Below are positions 42,165 through 54,499 of a stretch of DNA of 64,000 bases, in pieces. How positions within the stretch are numbered: the first letter of the stretch is position 1; each line of letters begins with the position of its first letter. The notes under the pieces were generated by a model. That model did no database searches. It was not told the DNA's origin and was given only the letters and a program-made list of their open reading frames with translations. The DNA is from an uncultured Chloroflexia bacterium (GTDB lineage Bacteria; Chloroflexota; Dehalococcoidia; SZUA-161): positions 35,726 to 99,725 of the forward strand of contig CAWHAI010000011.1 of assembly GCA_963827295.1 (NCBI GenBank), read 5' to 3'. Both the position numbers and the translations under genes were made by a program.

Positions 42165-42429
42165 CTTCAGCCTCCTCCGGTATCATTTCGATGTCGTGAA
42201 CCGGACAGATACTGGCACATATGCCACAGCCTTTACAGAAGTCTTCGTTAGCATAATAAGTCTTCTGACCGGTGCCGAAGACACATCCTTCAGGACAGGC
42301 TAAAGCACACACGTCGCAGCCGATACAATTCTTATGCAAGAAGCGCGGCTTGCCTGCCGTGCGCCAGGCCCCCGTTTTATTGACACGGCTTCCTCCCGGA
42401 TGAGTTACTGTTCCCAGTGTAATTTTCAT
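42157..42429 (-). CDS. porD: Pyruvate:ferredoxin oxidoreductase delta subunit (2x[4Fe-4S] ferredoxin)
   Basis: CIGCDVCALACP and CKGCGICASICP. Confidence 0.85.
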   Translation of the reverse strand: MKITLGTVTHPGGSRVNKTGAWRTAGKPRFLHKNCIGCDVCALACPEGCVFGTGQKTYYANEDFCKGCGICASICPVHDIEMIPEEAEDA

Positions 42430-42994
42430 GCGCCATTCCCCCTGTTCTTAACCTCGTTGTAAGCCTCAAGAAGTGCTTTCCAGTTGCTCTCCGCTGCCTT
42501 CCCCGAGAAACGAGAGTTAATCGCCCTCTCCAGCGACTCCAGGCTCAGTTCACCCGTGACCGCAATGAAGGCGCCGATGAGAGCAGTATTGACCCTATCG
42601 GCGCGGCCCATAATCTGCTTGGCAATCCGCGCTGCCTGGAACTGTCACTACTCTGGCCTTTGTCTTGAGCCCCAGCTCGGAGGGTTTCTTACCTGTATTG
42701 ATCACAGCGAGCCCATCGGGTTTCAACCCCGCGACCACATCGTACCCCCTCATCAGAGTCGGGATCCTGCACTAATACATAGTCCGGTTTGTAAATCTGG
42801 CTGCGCACGCGGATCGGGGCGTCCCCAATGCGTACAAATGCATTCATAGGCGCACCCATACGTGCTGCTCCAAAGGTGGGAAACGACAGGGCGTACTTAC
42901 CATCTTCAAAGGCTGCATTAGCCAGGATGGTAGCAGTGGTGATAGCTCCTTGTCCTGCCCGTGCGTGAACACGAATCTCTTTCATCATAAGCAC
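42426..42994 (-). CDS. porG: Pyruvate:ferredoxin oxidoreductase gamma subunit, frameshifted
   Basis: ORF 42689-42994 (EIRVHARAGQGAITTATILA) plus ORF 42426-42611 (...AIAKQIMGRADRVNTALIGAFIAVTG). Confidence 0.75.
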
Positions 42995-43039
42995 TATCTC
43001 CAGAATTTATTACAGTTCCCTAAGCGATAAACGCTTTAC

Positions 43040-45494
43040 TTACTTAACAACAATGTTCACCAATCGTCCTGGCACGTAAATGACATCTTTTATCATCTTT
43101 CCATCCGTGTATGCCTTCACTTTTTCCCGATTAAGCGCCAGTTTCGCGAACCTCAGAATCCGTGATAGAAACTGGCACCTCTACGCGGTCGCGAAGCTTG
43201 CCATTGACCTGGATCACCAGGGTGAACTGCTCCTCTGCTACCAGCTTCTCGTCCCATGAGGGGAACGATTGGGTGTGAATACTGTAGGGATGCCCGGTCC
43301 GCTCCCACAGCTCCTCCGCAATATGGGGGACCGAGGGTGCCTGAAGGAGAAGCAATGTCTTAATTGTCTCCTTCCAGGCATCGTGAGCAATAGAACGCTC
43401 CTCCTTCACTTTAGCCAGATAGTTAGTGAACTCCATGAGAGAAGCAATCATGGTATTGAAACGGAACTTTTCCAGGTCTTCGCTAACCTTCTTTATCGTC
43501 TTGTGGGTGCGGTGGCGCAACTCATTCTCCGTCGCCTGGTCCAATGGCGGCAACTGCCATCTTTCTGTTCTTCCAGAACCAGATTCCAGACGCGGTTGAG
43601 CCAGCGCCATAACCCGCTGATGCCGCTGTCATCCCAGCCACCGCCCTGGTCCCAGGGGCCGACAAACATGAGATAAGCACGAACAGTATCAGCGCCCATC
43701 TTGCCCACATACTCATCAGGGGTAACCACATTGCCCCGTGACTTGCTCATCTTGGCCCCACCAAAGACCACAGTTCCCTGATTAAACAGGCGCGTGAACG
43801 GCTCATCGAACTTCACCAATCCAATATCTCGAATCGCCTTGTTGAAGAAACGGGCATAGAACAAATGCATGGTGGCATGCTCCGCGCCACCTGTGTACTG
43901 GTCTACAGGCATCCAATACGCTAATTTTTTAGGCTCGAAGGGCCCTTTATCATACCCCGGGCTGGTGTAACGCAGGAAGTACCAGTTCGAGCACATGAAG
44001 GTGTCCATGGTATCTGTCTCGCGCTTAGCATGGCCGCCACACTTGGGACAAGTGGTATTGACAAACGAAGCACAGTATTTGAGCGGTGATTCACCGGTGG
44101 GCTTGAACTCAGCATCCTCGGGCAGCAGCACAGGTAGATCTTTCTCAGGTACAGCGACTGCACCGCACTTCGGGCAATAGACTACAGGTATAGGTGCCCC
44201 CCAATACCTCTGGCGGGAGATGAGCCAGTCGCGAAGGCGGTAGCTTGTAGTACGTTTGCCATAGCCTTTCGCTTCCATGAAATCGGAGACAGCCTCTTTA
44301 CCCTGCTCATTGGGCAGCCCGTTGAACTGTGCGGAGTTCACCATGGTGCCAGACTCGACATACGCCTCTTTCAGAGGCTCGCCAGACCAGCCCTGGGGAG
44401 CGATAACCACCTTTATGGGCAAGCCGAAATCCTGAGCGAACTCGAAATCACGCTGGTCATGGGCGGGGACTCCCATCACCGCTCCGGTGCCATAGCTAAG
44501 GAGAACATAATCCGCAATCCATATCGGCACCTTCTCGCCATTGAGTTTATTGATAACATGGGCGCCGATGAAGACGCCCGTCTTTTCCTTCTCTGTGGAC
44601 AGCCTTTCGATCTCCGTCTGGCCTCTAGTCCACTCAATATACTCACGAACCTCGTCTTTGTGTTCACTGGTGGTGAGCTTGGCAACCAGGGGGTGCTCGG
44701 GAGCAAGAACCATGAAGGTGACGCCGAATATAGTGTCAGGGCGAGTGGTGAACACCCTGATTTCCTTCTCGCTAACTCCCTTCACATCAAGCCCAAAGGA
44801 TATCTCCACGCCAACGCTTTTGCCAATCCAGTTGCGCTGCATTATTTTCACGCGCTCCGGCCATTCGATTCCAGGGAAATTAAGGAGTTCATCAGCATAT
44901 CTGGTTATCTTGAAGAACCACTGTTCCAGGTCTTTCCTAATTACGGGGGTGCCGCAGCGCTCGCAGACTCCTTCACCCTACAACCTGCTCATTGGCCAGC
45001 ACCGTCTTGCACTGAGGGCACCAGTTGGCCGGCGCCTTGGCGCGGTAGGCCAAGCCAGCCTCGTAAAGCTTGAGGAAAAACCACTGCGTCCACTTATAGT
45101 ATTCAGGCAAGCAGGTAATTACTTCACGGCTCCAGTCATACATTGCGCCTATGCTCCTCAGCTGATGGCGCATTTTCTCAATGTTGCGCATAGTCCAGGT
45201 ATGAGGGTGGATGCCATGCTTGATAGCAGCGTTCTCCGCGGGAAGGCCGAAGGCATCGAAGCCTATAGGGTGGAGCACATTATAGCCCTGCATCCGCTTG
45301 AAGCGAGCGTGAACATCGGAGGGAGCCATTGCGTACCAGTGACCGATATGGAGGTCGCCGGAGGTGTAGGGGAACATGGTCAAAGCGTACCACTTCGGGT
45401 GCTCTGAGGTCTCATGCACCTGATAAACGTGGTCGCCTTCCCACCTTGCCTGCCACTTCTTCTCTATCTCTTGAGGGTTATATTTAGGGACCAT
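43040..45494 (-). CDS. leuS: Leucyl-tRNA synthetase, fragmented into three or more ORFs by frameshifts
   Basis: N-terminal ORF 44973-45494 (HMGHWY = HIGH motif). Middle ORF 43493-44851 (KMSKS: [13 protein letters not shown]). C-terminal ORF 43131-43610 plus an alternate-frame tail ...[31 protein letters not shown]. Essential gene, so sequencing indels are likely. Confidence 0.85.
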
Positions 45495-45614
45495 CTTTTA
45501 TCCCTGAATAATCATAGCATAAAAACATCCTGCCTGCTACTACCCCCAAGCTGATATTTGCAAGGTGGCTCGGGTATGATATTATAGATAGACGTCTTTT
45601 AAGGGATTTATCCG

Positions 45615-46118
45615 ATGTTTACCGTAAGCATATTAACAGTCAGCGACAAAGGCTCGCAAGGGAAACGCGAGGACAAGAGCGGCGAGGCCATTAGAGAGAT
45701 ATTCACTCAAATGGAAGCCCGCGTGGTGGACTATGCTATCGTCCCCGACGAAAGGGAGCTTATTAGAAAGAAGCTAATCGAGTGGGCTGACGGTGGCAAG
45801 GTAGATTTGGTCGTGACCACCGGGGGCACTGGCCTAGCCCCACGCGATGTAACGCCTGAGGCCACCCTCGACGTAGTGGACAGGATTGCCCCAGGATTTG
45901 CCGAGGTGATGAGAGCTGAGAGCCTGAAGAAAACGCCCCACGCCATGCTCAGCCGCGCGGTGGCTGGAACACGCAAGAAAACCCTCATTATCAACCTGCC
46001 GGGCAGCCCGAAGGCAGTGCGAGAATGTCTGGATGCCATAATGCCGGCATTGCCTCATGCTATTGAAACCCTAAGAGGCGAAGCAGTGGAATGCGCTGAG
46101 GCCCAAAAAGGCAGATGA
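45615..46118 (+). CDS. mogA: Molybdenum cofactor biosynthesis protein MogA/MoaB family
   Basis: [18 protein letters not shown] motif of MoCF_biosynth. Confidence 0.8.
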   Translation: MFTVSILTVSDKGSQGKREDKSGEAIREIFTQMEARVVDYAIVPDERELIRKKLIEWADGGKVDLVVTTGGTGLAPRDVTPEATLDVVDRIAPGFAEVMRAESLKKTPHAMLSRAVAGTRKKTLIINLPGSPKAVRECLDAIMPALPHAIETLRGEAVECAEAQKGR

Positions 46119-46137
46119 GGCAGGTAGCGGAGGGGAG

Positions 46138-46881
46138 ATGCGCATAGACATTGTCAGCCTGTTCCCTAATATGTTCAGCGGTCCCTTCGATGAGAGCATC
46201 ATCAAAAGGGCGATGGAACGCAATATCGTGAATATCGTGATTCACAACCTGCGCGAGTGGGGACTGGGCAAACATAAAGTGGTCGACGATTATCCCTTCG
46301 GCGGTGGTGCTGGTATGGTGATGAAGCCGGAGCCATTATTCGATGCGGTAGAGGCCGTAAAAACAGAGAGCAACAATCCTTCCGCTCCGGTCATCCTGCT
46401 CACACCCCAAGGGAGGGTCTTCAACCAGAAGGTCGCCGCCGAGTTGGCTCATCTAAAACATTTCATCCTCATCTGCGGCCATTATGAGGGGATAGATGAA
46501 AGGGTGAGAGAACATCTCGCCACCGATGAAATAAGCATCGGAGACTACGTGCTGACGGGGGGCGAGATAGCAGCAATGGTAGTTATAGATGCCGTGGTAA
46601 GGCAGTTGCCCGGCGTGTTAGGCTCCGACGAATCAGCCAGCGACGATTCTCACACAACGGGTCTACTGGAATACCCCCAATACACTCGACCTCAAACATA
46701 TCAAGGCTGGGAGGTACCACAGGTTTTAGTTTCGGGGAACCACGCCCAGATCGCCAGATGGCGCAGGGAGCAGTCTGTGTTGCGCACTTTCCTCAGGCGT
46801 CCCGACATTTTCGAGAAAGCAGACCTATCGCCAGAGGAGAGAAAGCTCATAGCGAAGAAAGCGCTAAGCCGCGCTGATTAA
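46138..46881 (+). CDS. trmD: tRNA (guanine37-N1)-methyltransferase
   Basis: [13 protein letters not shown]...; [12 protein letters not shown]. Confidence 0.9.
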   Translation: MRIDIVSLFPNMFSGPFDESIIKRAMERNIVNIVIHNLREWGLGKHKVVDDYPFGGGAGMVMKPEPLFDAVEAVKTESNNPSAPVILLTPQGRVFNQKVAAELAHLKHFILICGHYEGIDERVREHLATDEISIGDYVLTGGEIAAMVVIDAVVRQLPGVLGSDESASDDSHTTGLLEYPQYTRPQTYQGWEVPQVLVSGNHAQIARWRREQSVLRTFLRRPDIFEKADLSPEERKLIAKKALSRAD

Positions 46882-46919
46882 ATTGAGCCAGTTCTAAGGC
46901 TACATCGAGGAGAAAGGCA

Positions 46920-47279
46920 ATGGACATTAGCTCTTTAGTCGAAACCAAAGCAAACGAGAAGACCCCCAAGTTCAATCCAGGCGACACCGTTAGAGTGAAG
47001 ATGAAGGTCATCGAGGGAGAGCAAGAGCGAATCCAGACCTTCGAAGGCGTGGCGATTCGAATACGCAGGAGCGGGGCAGGAGCCAACTTTACCTTGCGAA
47101 AGGTATTTCATGGTGTGGGTGTGGAACGCACTTTTCCCTTTAATTCTCCCCGTCTGGAAAAGGTCGAAGTATTGCGGTACGGCAAAACCCGCCGGGCGAA
47201 GCTATACTATCTACGTCAACTCAGCAGCAAGATGGCCCGACAAAAGGTGAAGTCAAGATCAAAGGATGAACTACGCTGA
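46920..47279 (+). CDS. rplS: 50S ribosomal protein L19
   Basis: [26 protein letters not shown].... Confidence 0.9.
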   Translation: MDISSLVETKANEKTPKFNPGDTVRVKMKVIEGEQERIQTFEGVAIRIRRSGAGANFTLRKVFHGVGVERTFPFNSPRLEKVEVLRYGKTRRAKLYYLRQLSSKMARQKVKSRSKDELR

Positions 47280-49684
47280 GGTCGCTGTCAACTTCCCTCT
47301 AGCACAACCGAGAACCTTCAGCTATGCTATACCTCCGAATATCTCCCTAAGTGTAGGGCACGCTGTCTGGGTGCCCTTCGGGTCCAGGCTAGTTCAGGGC
47401 ATTGTCCTTGCACTGAGCGACCAGCCTCAAGTAGAGGAAATAAAGGAAATAGCCGAGGCCATTGATCCTCACCCTCTGCTCTTCCCCCATCAGGTCAAGC
47501 TCGCCCAATGGATAGCCGAGCACTATCTCTCCTCATATTTCGATGCTGCAGCCCTGATGCTGCCACCAGGCTTTGAGCGCAGGGTGCTCACCTTAATTCA
47601 GCCTGCACCCAATCACCTAGAACTAGAGCTTTCCTCGCTATCAGCGCAACAGCAAAAGATTCTGAGCATTATTCAGAAAAAGGGGAGTAATTGAATTAGG
47701 AAAGCTTAAAAAGCTATCAGGAAAAGAGAAGGTCGATGCCATTATCGAACAGCTTGTGCGCAGGGGGCTCATTACTAAGACTCAAGAACTGGAGAGAGTC
47801 AAAATAGGACCCCGGCTAGTGTCTCATCTAAGGCTTGCAGTAACCGTCGAAAAGGCTTGCGAGGCAATACCCAATCTTGAACAGAAGCAGGCAAAGCTGC
47901 TAAACCTCATAGTTACAGAGCCTGAACCATTAACACTTGCAGAAGCAAGGCAGAGATTCGGCTTCACCCCTACTACGCTAAATGCCCTAATCCGCCAAGG
48001 TTTGGTTACCGTTGAGAAGGTCAGGATGCAACGAGACCCTCTGGCCCATCGCACCTTTACCCCGACACCACCTCCAACTCTAACCCCAGCCCAAGAGGCA
48101 GCCCGGTCTCAAATCAGTTCCGAGATGATGCAGAGCACTCCCCGGGTATTCCTTCTCCACGGTGTCACCGGCAGCGGCAAGACCGAGATATACCTGAGGA
48201 CATTGGCTCAAGCGATCTCGCTAGGCAAACGAGCCATAGTCCTTGTCCCTGAGATCGCCCTCACCCCACAGACCATCGCCCGTTTTGCATCACGCTTCCC
48301 CAACAGGGTGGCCGTGCTCCACAGCAGGCTCTCGCCAGGGGAGCAGTTCGATGAGTGGCAACGAATCAAGGGCGGAGAATTCGATGTCGTCATCGGCTCA
48401 AGGGGTGCGCTTTTCGCCCCACAGCCTGATTTAGGGCTCATCGTCATGGACGAAGAACATGAATGGACCTATAAACAAGAGGAACAGCAGCCACGTTACC
48501 ATGCCCGCGATGTCGCTATAAAGCTGGCCGAGCTAACCAACTCTGTGGTAATCCTGGGAAGCGCTACCCCCGATGTCACCAGCTATTACCGGGCGCAAAG
48601 AGGCGAATTTCGACTGCTCAGGCTCCCCGAGAGGATAAGCTCAGGAGAGCCAACACCCCTCCCCAGAGTTGAAATCGTAGACCTTCGCCAGGAGCTGAAG
48701 GAAGGAAACAGAAGCATCTTCAGTCGCTCTCTAAGCAAAGCCATCGCCGATGTCCTGCACGCACGAGAGCAGGTCATCCTGTTCCTCAATCGCAGAGGGA
48801 CAGCAACCTTCGTCCAGTGCCGCGATTGCGGCTTCGTGTTGCGCTGCAGGCGCTGCGATGTCTCGCTAACCTATCACGCCGCTGAGGACGATCTGGTCTG
48901 CCACCATTGCAACTACAGGGCTAAAACCCCGAGTATATGCCCCAACTGCCAAAGCAGGCGGATTAAATTCTTGGGTATCGGCACCCAGAAGGTAGAGGAG
49001 GAGATAGCCAAAGCCTTCCCCAAGGCACGGCTGCTGCGCTGGGATAGGGATGTCACCAAGGGGAAAAACGCTCACGAAAAAATAATGAATCATTTTCTGG
49101 CTCACGAGGCTGACATCCTCATCGGGACCCAGATGATAGCTAAAGGACTTGATATGCCCCTGGTCACCCTGGTAGGTGTGATCAACGCCGATATCGGGCT
49201 GCACTTACCTGACTTTCACTCCAGCGAGCGTATCTTCCAAATCTTAGCTCAGGTAGCGGGAAGAGCGGGGAGGGGAAAATTGGTAGGCAAGGTCATAGTC
49301 CAGAGCTATACGCCGGACCACTATGCCATAGCCGCTGCAGCGAAACATGACTACGCCACCTTCTACGAACAGGAAATCGCCTTTCGCCGCCAGCAGGGCA
49401 ACCCCCCGTTCAACCGGCTGGCACGCCTTCTCTATACCCACACCAACCTCGTTCACTGCCAGAAAGAGACAGTGAGGATATATAGGCTTATGGAACAGGA
49501 GAGAGATTCACAAGGATTTCCCAACACTACCATCATCGGGCCCTCCCCCGCCTTCACGCAACGGGTGAGAGGCAGATTCCGCTACCAGATAATCATCCGC
49601 AGTCCCGATCCCCTCCCTCTCATATCACATATGAATTTTCCTCAAGGATGGGCAATAGATATCGACCCCATAAGCCTGATTTAA
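47266..49684 (+). CDS. priA: Primosomal protein N' (PriA helicase), frameshifted near 47700
   Basis: N-terminal 3'BD fragment (ORF 47266-47694). Helicase core: Walker [14 protein letters not shown] box, Cys4 zinc motifs CRDCG..CRRC / CHHC..CPNC. Confidence 0.85.
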
Positions 49685-49766
49685 TCTTTACAAGCCGCTA
49701 CGGTTAGACTATAATCTCCCTAATTGTGAAAATTTGGCATATCTTTTTGAGTTTCAGGGTTCAAGC

Positions 49767-50270
49767 ATGGCGATTATGCCTGTAATTAAAATGGATAATC
49801 CCCTGCTCCACCAGAAGGCAAAAAAGGTAAGGAAGATAGACGACTCTATTCAAAAGCTAATTGATGATATGGTTGAAACCATGCACGATGTTGGAGGAGT
49901 AGGGCTGGCTGCGCCGCAGGTAGGGGTGCCGCTTCAGGTGGTTGTAATACAGTTACCCGAAGATGAGGAGGTTATCACCCTCATTAACCCCGAGATAGTG
50001 AAAACCCCGGAAGAAACCGAGATGATGACAGAGGGTTGCCTCAGCTTGCCTGGCTACAGGGGGGAGGTAAAGCGTTTTACATCGGTTACAGTGAAAGCAC
50101 GCGATAGTCAGGGGAAGCCGATTCGCATAAATGGAGAAGGGCTGCTAGCCCAGGTGCTGCAGCACGAGGTAGACCACATCAATGGGATAGTGTTCGTTGA
50201 CCACCTGGAAAGCATGAACGAGTTACATGCGCTCGAGGAAGAGGGTGAGGAAGAGGCAGGCGGTATCTAG
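49767..50270 (+). CDS. def: Peptide deformylase
   Basis: GVGLAAPQVG, EGCLSLPG, QHEVDHINGI. Confidence 0.9.
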   Translation: MAIMPVIKMDNPLLHQKAKKVRKIDDSIQKLIDDMVETMHDVGGVGLAAPQVGVPLQVVVIQLPEDEEVITLINPEIVKTPEETEMMTEGCLSLPGYRGEVKRFTSVTVKARDSQGKPIRINGEGLLAQVLQHEVDHINGIVFVDHLESMNELHALEEEGEEEAGGI

Positions 50271-50282
50271 AAAAAGAAATCC

Positions 50283-51785
50283 TTGATGACTAATCTTACC
50301 AAAGAGAGGCTGAAAATTTTCGTTCCCGAGGAGGCGGCTTCACTCCTAGACAAGCTAGGAGAGTTACTTCAACAACGTAACATCGATTGTTATGTTGTCG
50401 GCGGCTTTGTACGCGATGGGCTGATGGGGCATGCTAATAGCGATATCGACATCGCTGTAGCCGGCGAAGCCATAGCCATCGCCTCCGATGTCGCCAAGGC
50501 TTTCGATGCCAAACTGGTGCCTCTGGATGAGGTAAATCAAGTCGCCAGAGTAATCCTTTCACAAGCTAAAGGCCACTGGCATCTAGATTTCGCCACATTA
50601 CGCGGAAACATCGAGGAAGACCTCAAGTGCCGCGATTTCACCATAAACGCTATCGCTATAAGGCTAACCGGGCCTAAAAGTAACTGGTCGCAGGTCGAAG
50701 TTATCGACCCGCTGGACGGATGCCATGACCTGAGTCGCAGGGTGATTCGCCCAGTAAGCGATGCTGCCTTCCAGCAAGACCCGGCACGCCTTCTTCGGGC
50801 AGTCCGCCTTGCCGCCACGCTCGACTTCGCCCTAGACCCTGTTACTGAAGCCCTGATACAACGCGACAGTAAATTGATCACCTCAGTTGCTAATGAGCGA
50901 CTTCGGGACGAGCTTGGCTATATCCTTGAGACCAACAAAGCATACCATTCTTTTTGCTGCCTCGATAGGATGGGACTGCTCGACCATCTGATACCCGAGC
51001 TAACCAGCGCCAAAGGGGTAACACAGCCCAAGGAGCATTTCTGGGACGTGTTCGACCACTCTCTGGAAACCGTTGCCTGCGTGGAACGTCTGCTCCGTGA
51101 GTATGGTGATGACAAGGAAGATAAAATCCTTGCTCTCGTCCCTTGGTCGCCCGAGATTGCTGAGCATTTCGCCCATCAGGCAGCCGGAGGACGGAGCAAA
51201 GGGGCGATGTTGAAACTGGCAGCGTTGCTCCACGATATCGCAAAGCCAGCGACCAAGACAATAGAGCCGAGCGGCCGTATGCGCTTTCTGGGCCACGCCA
51301 AAGAGGGGTCGGCCATGGCTAGTCAAATCATGGAGCGGTTGAGATTCAGCAACCGGGAGATAAAGATGGTACAACTGATGATCGAACATCATCTGCGCCC
51401 GGGCTATTTGCTGACCGAGGAGATGCCATCACGCCGCGCCATCTATAAATATTTCCGAGATACTGCAGAAGTAGGCATAGATACCTTGTTCCTGGGCCTT
51501 GCAGACCATCTGGCAGCTCGGGGGCCCACGCTCGACCTCGACCAGTGGCGCAAACATACTGAGACAACGCAATATATCCTATCTAAATGGTTCGCAGAAC
51601 AGGCCACAATCATACCTCCCAAATTGATAGATGGGCACATCTTAATCGAGAAGCTAGGACTACCCCCAGGACCTCAAATTGGGGAGCTGCTGGAGATAGT
51701 GCGGGAGGCTCAGGCTGCAGGAGAGATACAGACCTCTGAGGAAGCACTCGACTTTGTGAGAAAGCGATTGGAAAGAAATAAGTGA
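50283..51785 (+). CDS. cca: CCA-adding tRNA nucleotidyltransferase with C-terminal HD domain
   Basis: Pol-beta-type NT motif CYVVGGFVRDGLMG...DIDIAV; HD motif LLHDIAKP. Confidence 0.8.
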   Translation: MMTNLTKERLKIFVPEEAASLLDKLGELLQQRNIDCYVVGGFVRDGLMGHANSDIDIAVAGEAIAIASDVAKAFDAKLVPLDEVNQVARVILSQAKGHWHLDFATLRGNIEEDLKCRDFTINAIAIRLTGPKSNWSQVEVIDPLDGCHDLSRRVIRPVSDAAFQQDPARLLRAVRLAATLDFALDPVTEALIQRDSKLITSVANERLRDELGYILETNKAYHSFCCLDRMGLLDHLIPELTSAKGVTQPKEHFWDVFDHSLETVACVERLLREYGDDKEDKILALVPWSPEIAEHFAHQAAGGRSKGAMLKLAALLHDIAKPATKTIEPSGRMRFLGHAKEGSAMASQIMERLRFSNREIKMVQLMIEHHLRPGYLLTEEMPSRRAIYKYFRDTAEVGIDTLFLGLADHLAARGPTLDLDQWRKHTETTQYILSKWFAEQATIIPPKLIDGHILIEKLGLPPGPQIGELLEIVREAQAAGEIQTSEEALDFVRKRLERNK

Positions 51786-53173
51786 ACCGACGAAACGCAA
51801 TCACTCTTGCTCTTATTTTCATCCTGACCGCGCTCTGTCTATCGGCGGTGCTGGTTAAGGAATACCATATACCCGGCATAGGCAATAGAGGCCATGCCAA
51901 CACCGCCTTAGGAATGAGCCTGGGCTTGGATTTAAGCGGCGGCACCCACCTTGTCTACCAGGCTGATCTATCCCAGATAGGCAATGAGTCCGCCGCAGAT
52001 GCCATACAAGGTGCTATAGATATCATCACCAGAAGAGTCGATGCCTACGGAGTCTCTGAGGCAGTTATCCAAAAGCAGGGCTCCGACCGCATCTCTATAC
52101 AGCTTCCCGGGATCAGAGATGTGGATACAGCTATCAAACTGATCGGCTCGACAGCGCAGCTCGACTTCAGAGAGGAGGTCTACGACAGCAGTGGAAACCC
52201 TGTCCTGGATGAAAAGGGCAATCCCACTTGGAAACCAGCTGTGGGCGTAGTCAATGGCCAAGAGGTTCAGTTAACCGGCAAGTATCTCAAAAGAAATGCC
52301 GCGGTTGTCATCGACCAGACTACCAATCAGCCTATGGTATCCTTTGAGTTCAACAGCGAGGGTGCAGACCTCTTCGCCCAGATTACCAGGGCGGCTTGTC
52401 GTCGGTCGAGAAACCCCTGGGCATATTCCTCGACAATGAATACGTGTCGAGCCCCATAGTCAAATCCAAAATCGAAGGAGGGAAAGGGGTCATCGAGAAC
52501 ATAAAACTCGATGATGCCCGTAACCTGGCTATCCTGCTCAACGCAGGTGCTTTGCCTGTTACCCTGGGACATTGGGAAGGTAGCACTTTCCTCTCAGGCC
52601 CTGCTGAACAGCAACACTGTAGACCCCACATTAGGCGCTGATTCGATAAGAAAGAGCCTGATCGCCGGAGCGATAGGGCTTATACTGGTCATAGTATTCA
52701 TGATGATCTACTACCGAGTCCCCGGTGTGCTGGCCAGCGCGGCTCTAATTATCTACGGCATATTGATGCTGGGATTATTCAAACTGATACCCGTGACGCT
52801 GACCCTGCCCGGCATCGCTGGCTTCATCCTGTCCATCGGCATGGCAGTCGACGCCAATGTGCTTATCTTCGAACGGTTCAAAGAGGAGCTAAGGTCAGGG
52901 CGAACCTACAGCATGGCTGTTGAAACTGGCTTCAGCCGTGCCTGGCCTGCTATTCGTGATAGCAATATCACCACCATTATCGCCTGCATTATCCTCTATT
53001 GGATAGGAAGCGCGTTAGCAGAGCCCAGGATGATGGGATTCGCTCTCACACTTGGTATAGGCGTACTGCTCAGCATGTTCAGCGCCATCATAATCACCAG
53101 GACTTTTATGCGTCTTCTTGCGGGGACCAATATAGCAAACATCCTGCCCGCTTTTCGGAGTGCCAAAGCTTGA
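51782..53173 (+). CDS. secD: Protein translocase subunit SecD, frameshifted near 52460-52510
   Basis: ORFs 51782-52459 and 52511-53173. Periplasmic domain ([14 protein letters not shown]) plus the C-terminal TM bundle. Confidence 0.85.
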
Positions 53174-53204
53174 GCAAGCATCGAATCCCAGGGAGCAGAA
53201 GTAG

Positions 53205-54387
53205 TTGTTAGATTTTGTAAGTAAAAGGTACTGGTTCTTTCTACTATCGGGGCTGATCATCCTCGCTGGTATCATCGCCTTGGGAGTGTCTGGACTTAAT
53301 TTAGGTATGGAATTCAGTAGCGGGTCCACCACGACACTGTTCTTTGAAAAGCCTGTTGAGCAGGGGACCCTCAGAACCGCTTTAGCTGAGCTAGGATACC
53401 CCGAGACCATAATCCAGCGCAGCGCCCAAGACGCATTTTTAGTCCAAGGTCTAGTACTAAGTCCAGATTCACAGAACGACGCTAATCAATGACCTACAGG
53501 CAAAATTTAATACAACCGTCAGAATAGCTGAGTTCGGTTCTGTGGGAAATGAGACAACCGGCAATGAGACGCTAGGTAACGCCACACTTGCTCTAATGTT
53601 CGGGAAGACAGTGGCCCAGAGCGACTTGGGCAATGTAACAGTAGCCTCAGGAAATGTAACCGTAGCTCTAGGAGATCCCAAGTTCAACATGAGGCAAACC
53701 ACTCTCGATTCCTACCTTATAAGAACAAGTGCAATATCTATGGAAAAGCAGGGACAGATCAAACAGGCTCTGCAGCAGAAGTTTGGGCCCCTCTACGCCA
53801 CTCCCTTTGATACAATCTCCCCGGTGATAGCCGCTGAGCGCGTTCGATACAACATCTACGCTATAATAGCCGCTGCAGTGGCGATTCTTCTGTACATGGC
53901 CTGGGCCTTCCGCAAGCTGGCCAGTCCTTTCCGCTATGGAACGTGCGCCATAGTAGCTCTGTTACATGACATCCTCATAATGCTGGCAGTCTTCGCCATA
54001 TTTAGGATAGAGATCGACTCCATGTTCATTATCGCGATATTGACCATAATCGGCTTCGGTGTAAACAATGTCATCGTGGTCTTCGACCGTCTTCGAGAGA
54101 GCAAGAGCATGGAAAGCCGTCTCGATATCGAGGGTAGGGTCAATATGGGCATCACCGAGACCATAACCAGGTCGGTCAACACCAGCCTTACTGTGTTGTT
54201 CACCTGTTTTGCCCTCTACGCCTTCGGCGGGGCGACTATCCACACCTTTATGCTGGCGTTGATTGTGGGCATCATCGCCAGCACCTATAGCTCGCTGTTC
54301 ATCGCCGGCCAACTGCTGGTATCATGGGAACGCGGCGACTTCGGCAAGCTCTTCCGCTGGTTACCCATACGCCGCCAGCAAGGCTAA
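53205..54387 (+). CDS. secF: Protein translocase subunit SecF, frameshifted near 53470-53500; carries an NxT-rich insertion
   Basis: N-terminal ORF 53205-53492. The +1 frame reads through: ...VRIAEFGSVGNETTGNETLGNATL...GNVTVASGNVTVALG...IAAERVRYN.... C-terminal TM bundle as in SecF. Confidence 0.8.
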
Positions 54388-54432
54388 ACAGCCATACTGA
54401 AAAGCTCTCTAAAAAGCCCCCAAAAACACTTG

Positions 54433-54486
54433 ACAACATCTACATGTTGTGCTAACTTTGGTCTGCACCCCAATATATTGAGTACG
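54433..54486 (+). promoter_or_regulatory. Putative tandem NrdR boxes overlapping a sigma70-like promoter upstream of nrdR
   Basis: Perfect palindrome ACAACATctacATGTTGT (54433-54450). Second box-like cccAATATATTGag about 35 bp downstream. Preceded by TTGACA (54430-54435); TAACTT lies 17 bp after it. Confidence 0.45.
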
Positions 54487-54499
54487 TGAGCTATTCACT

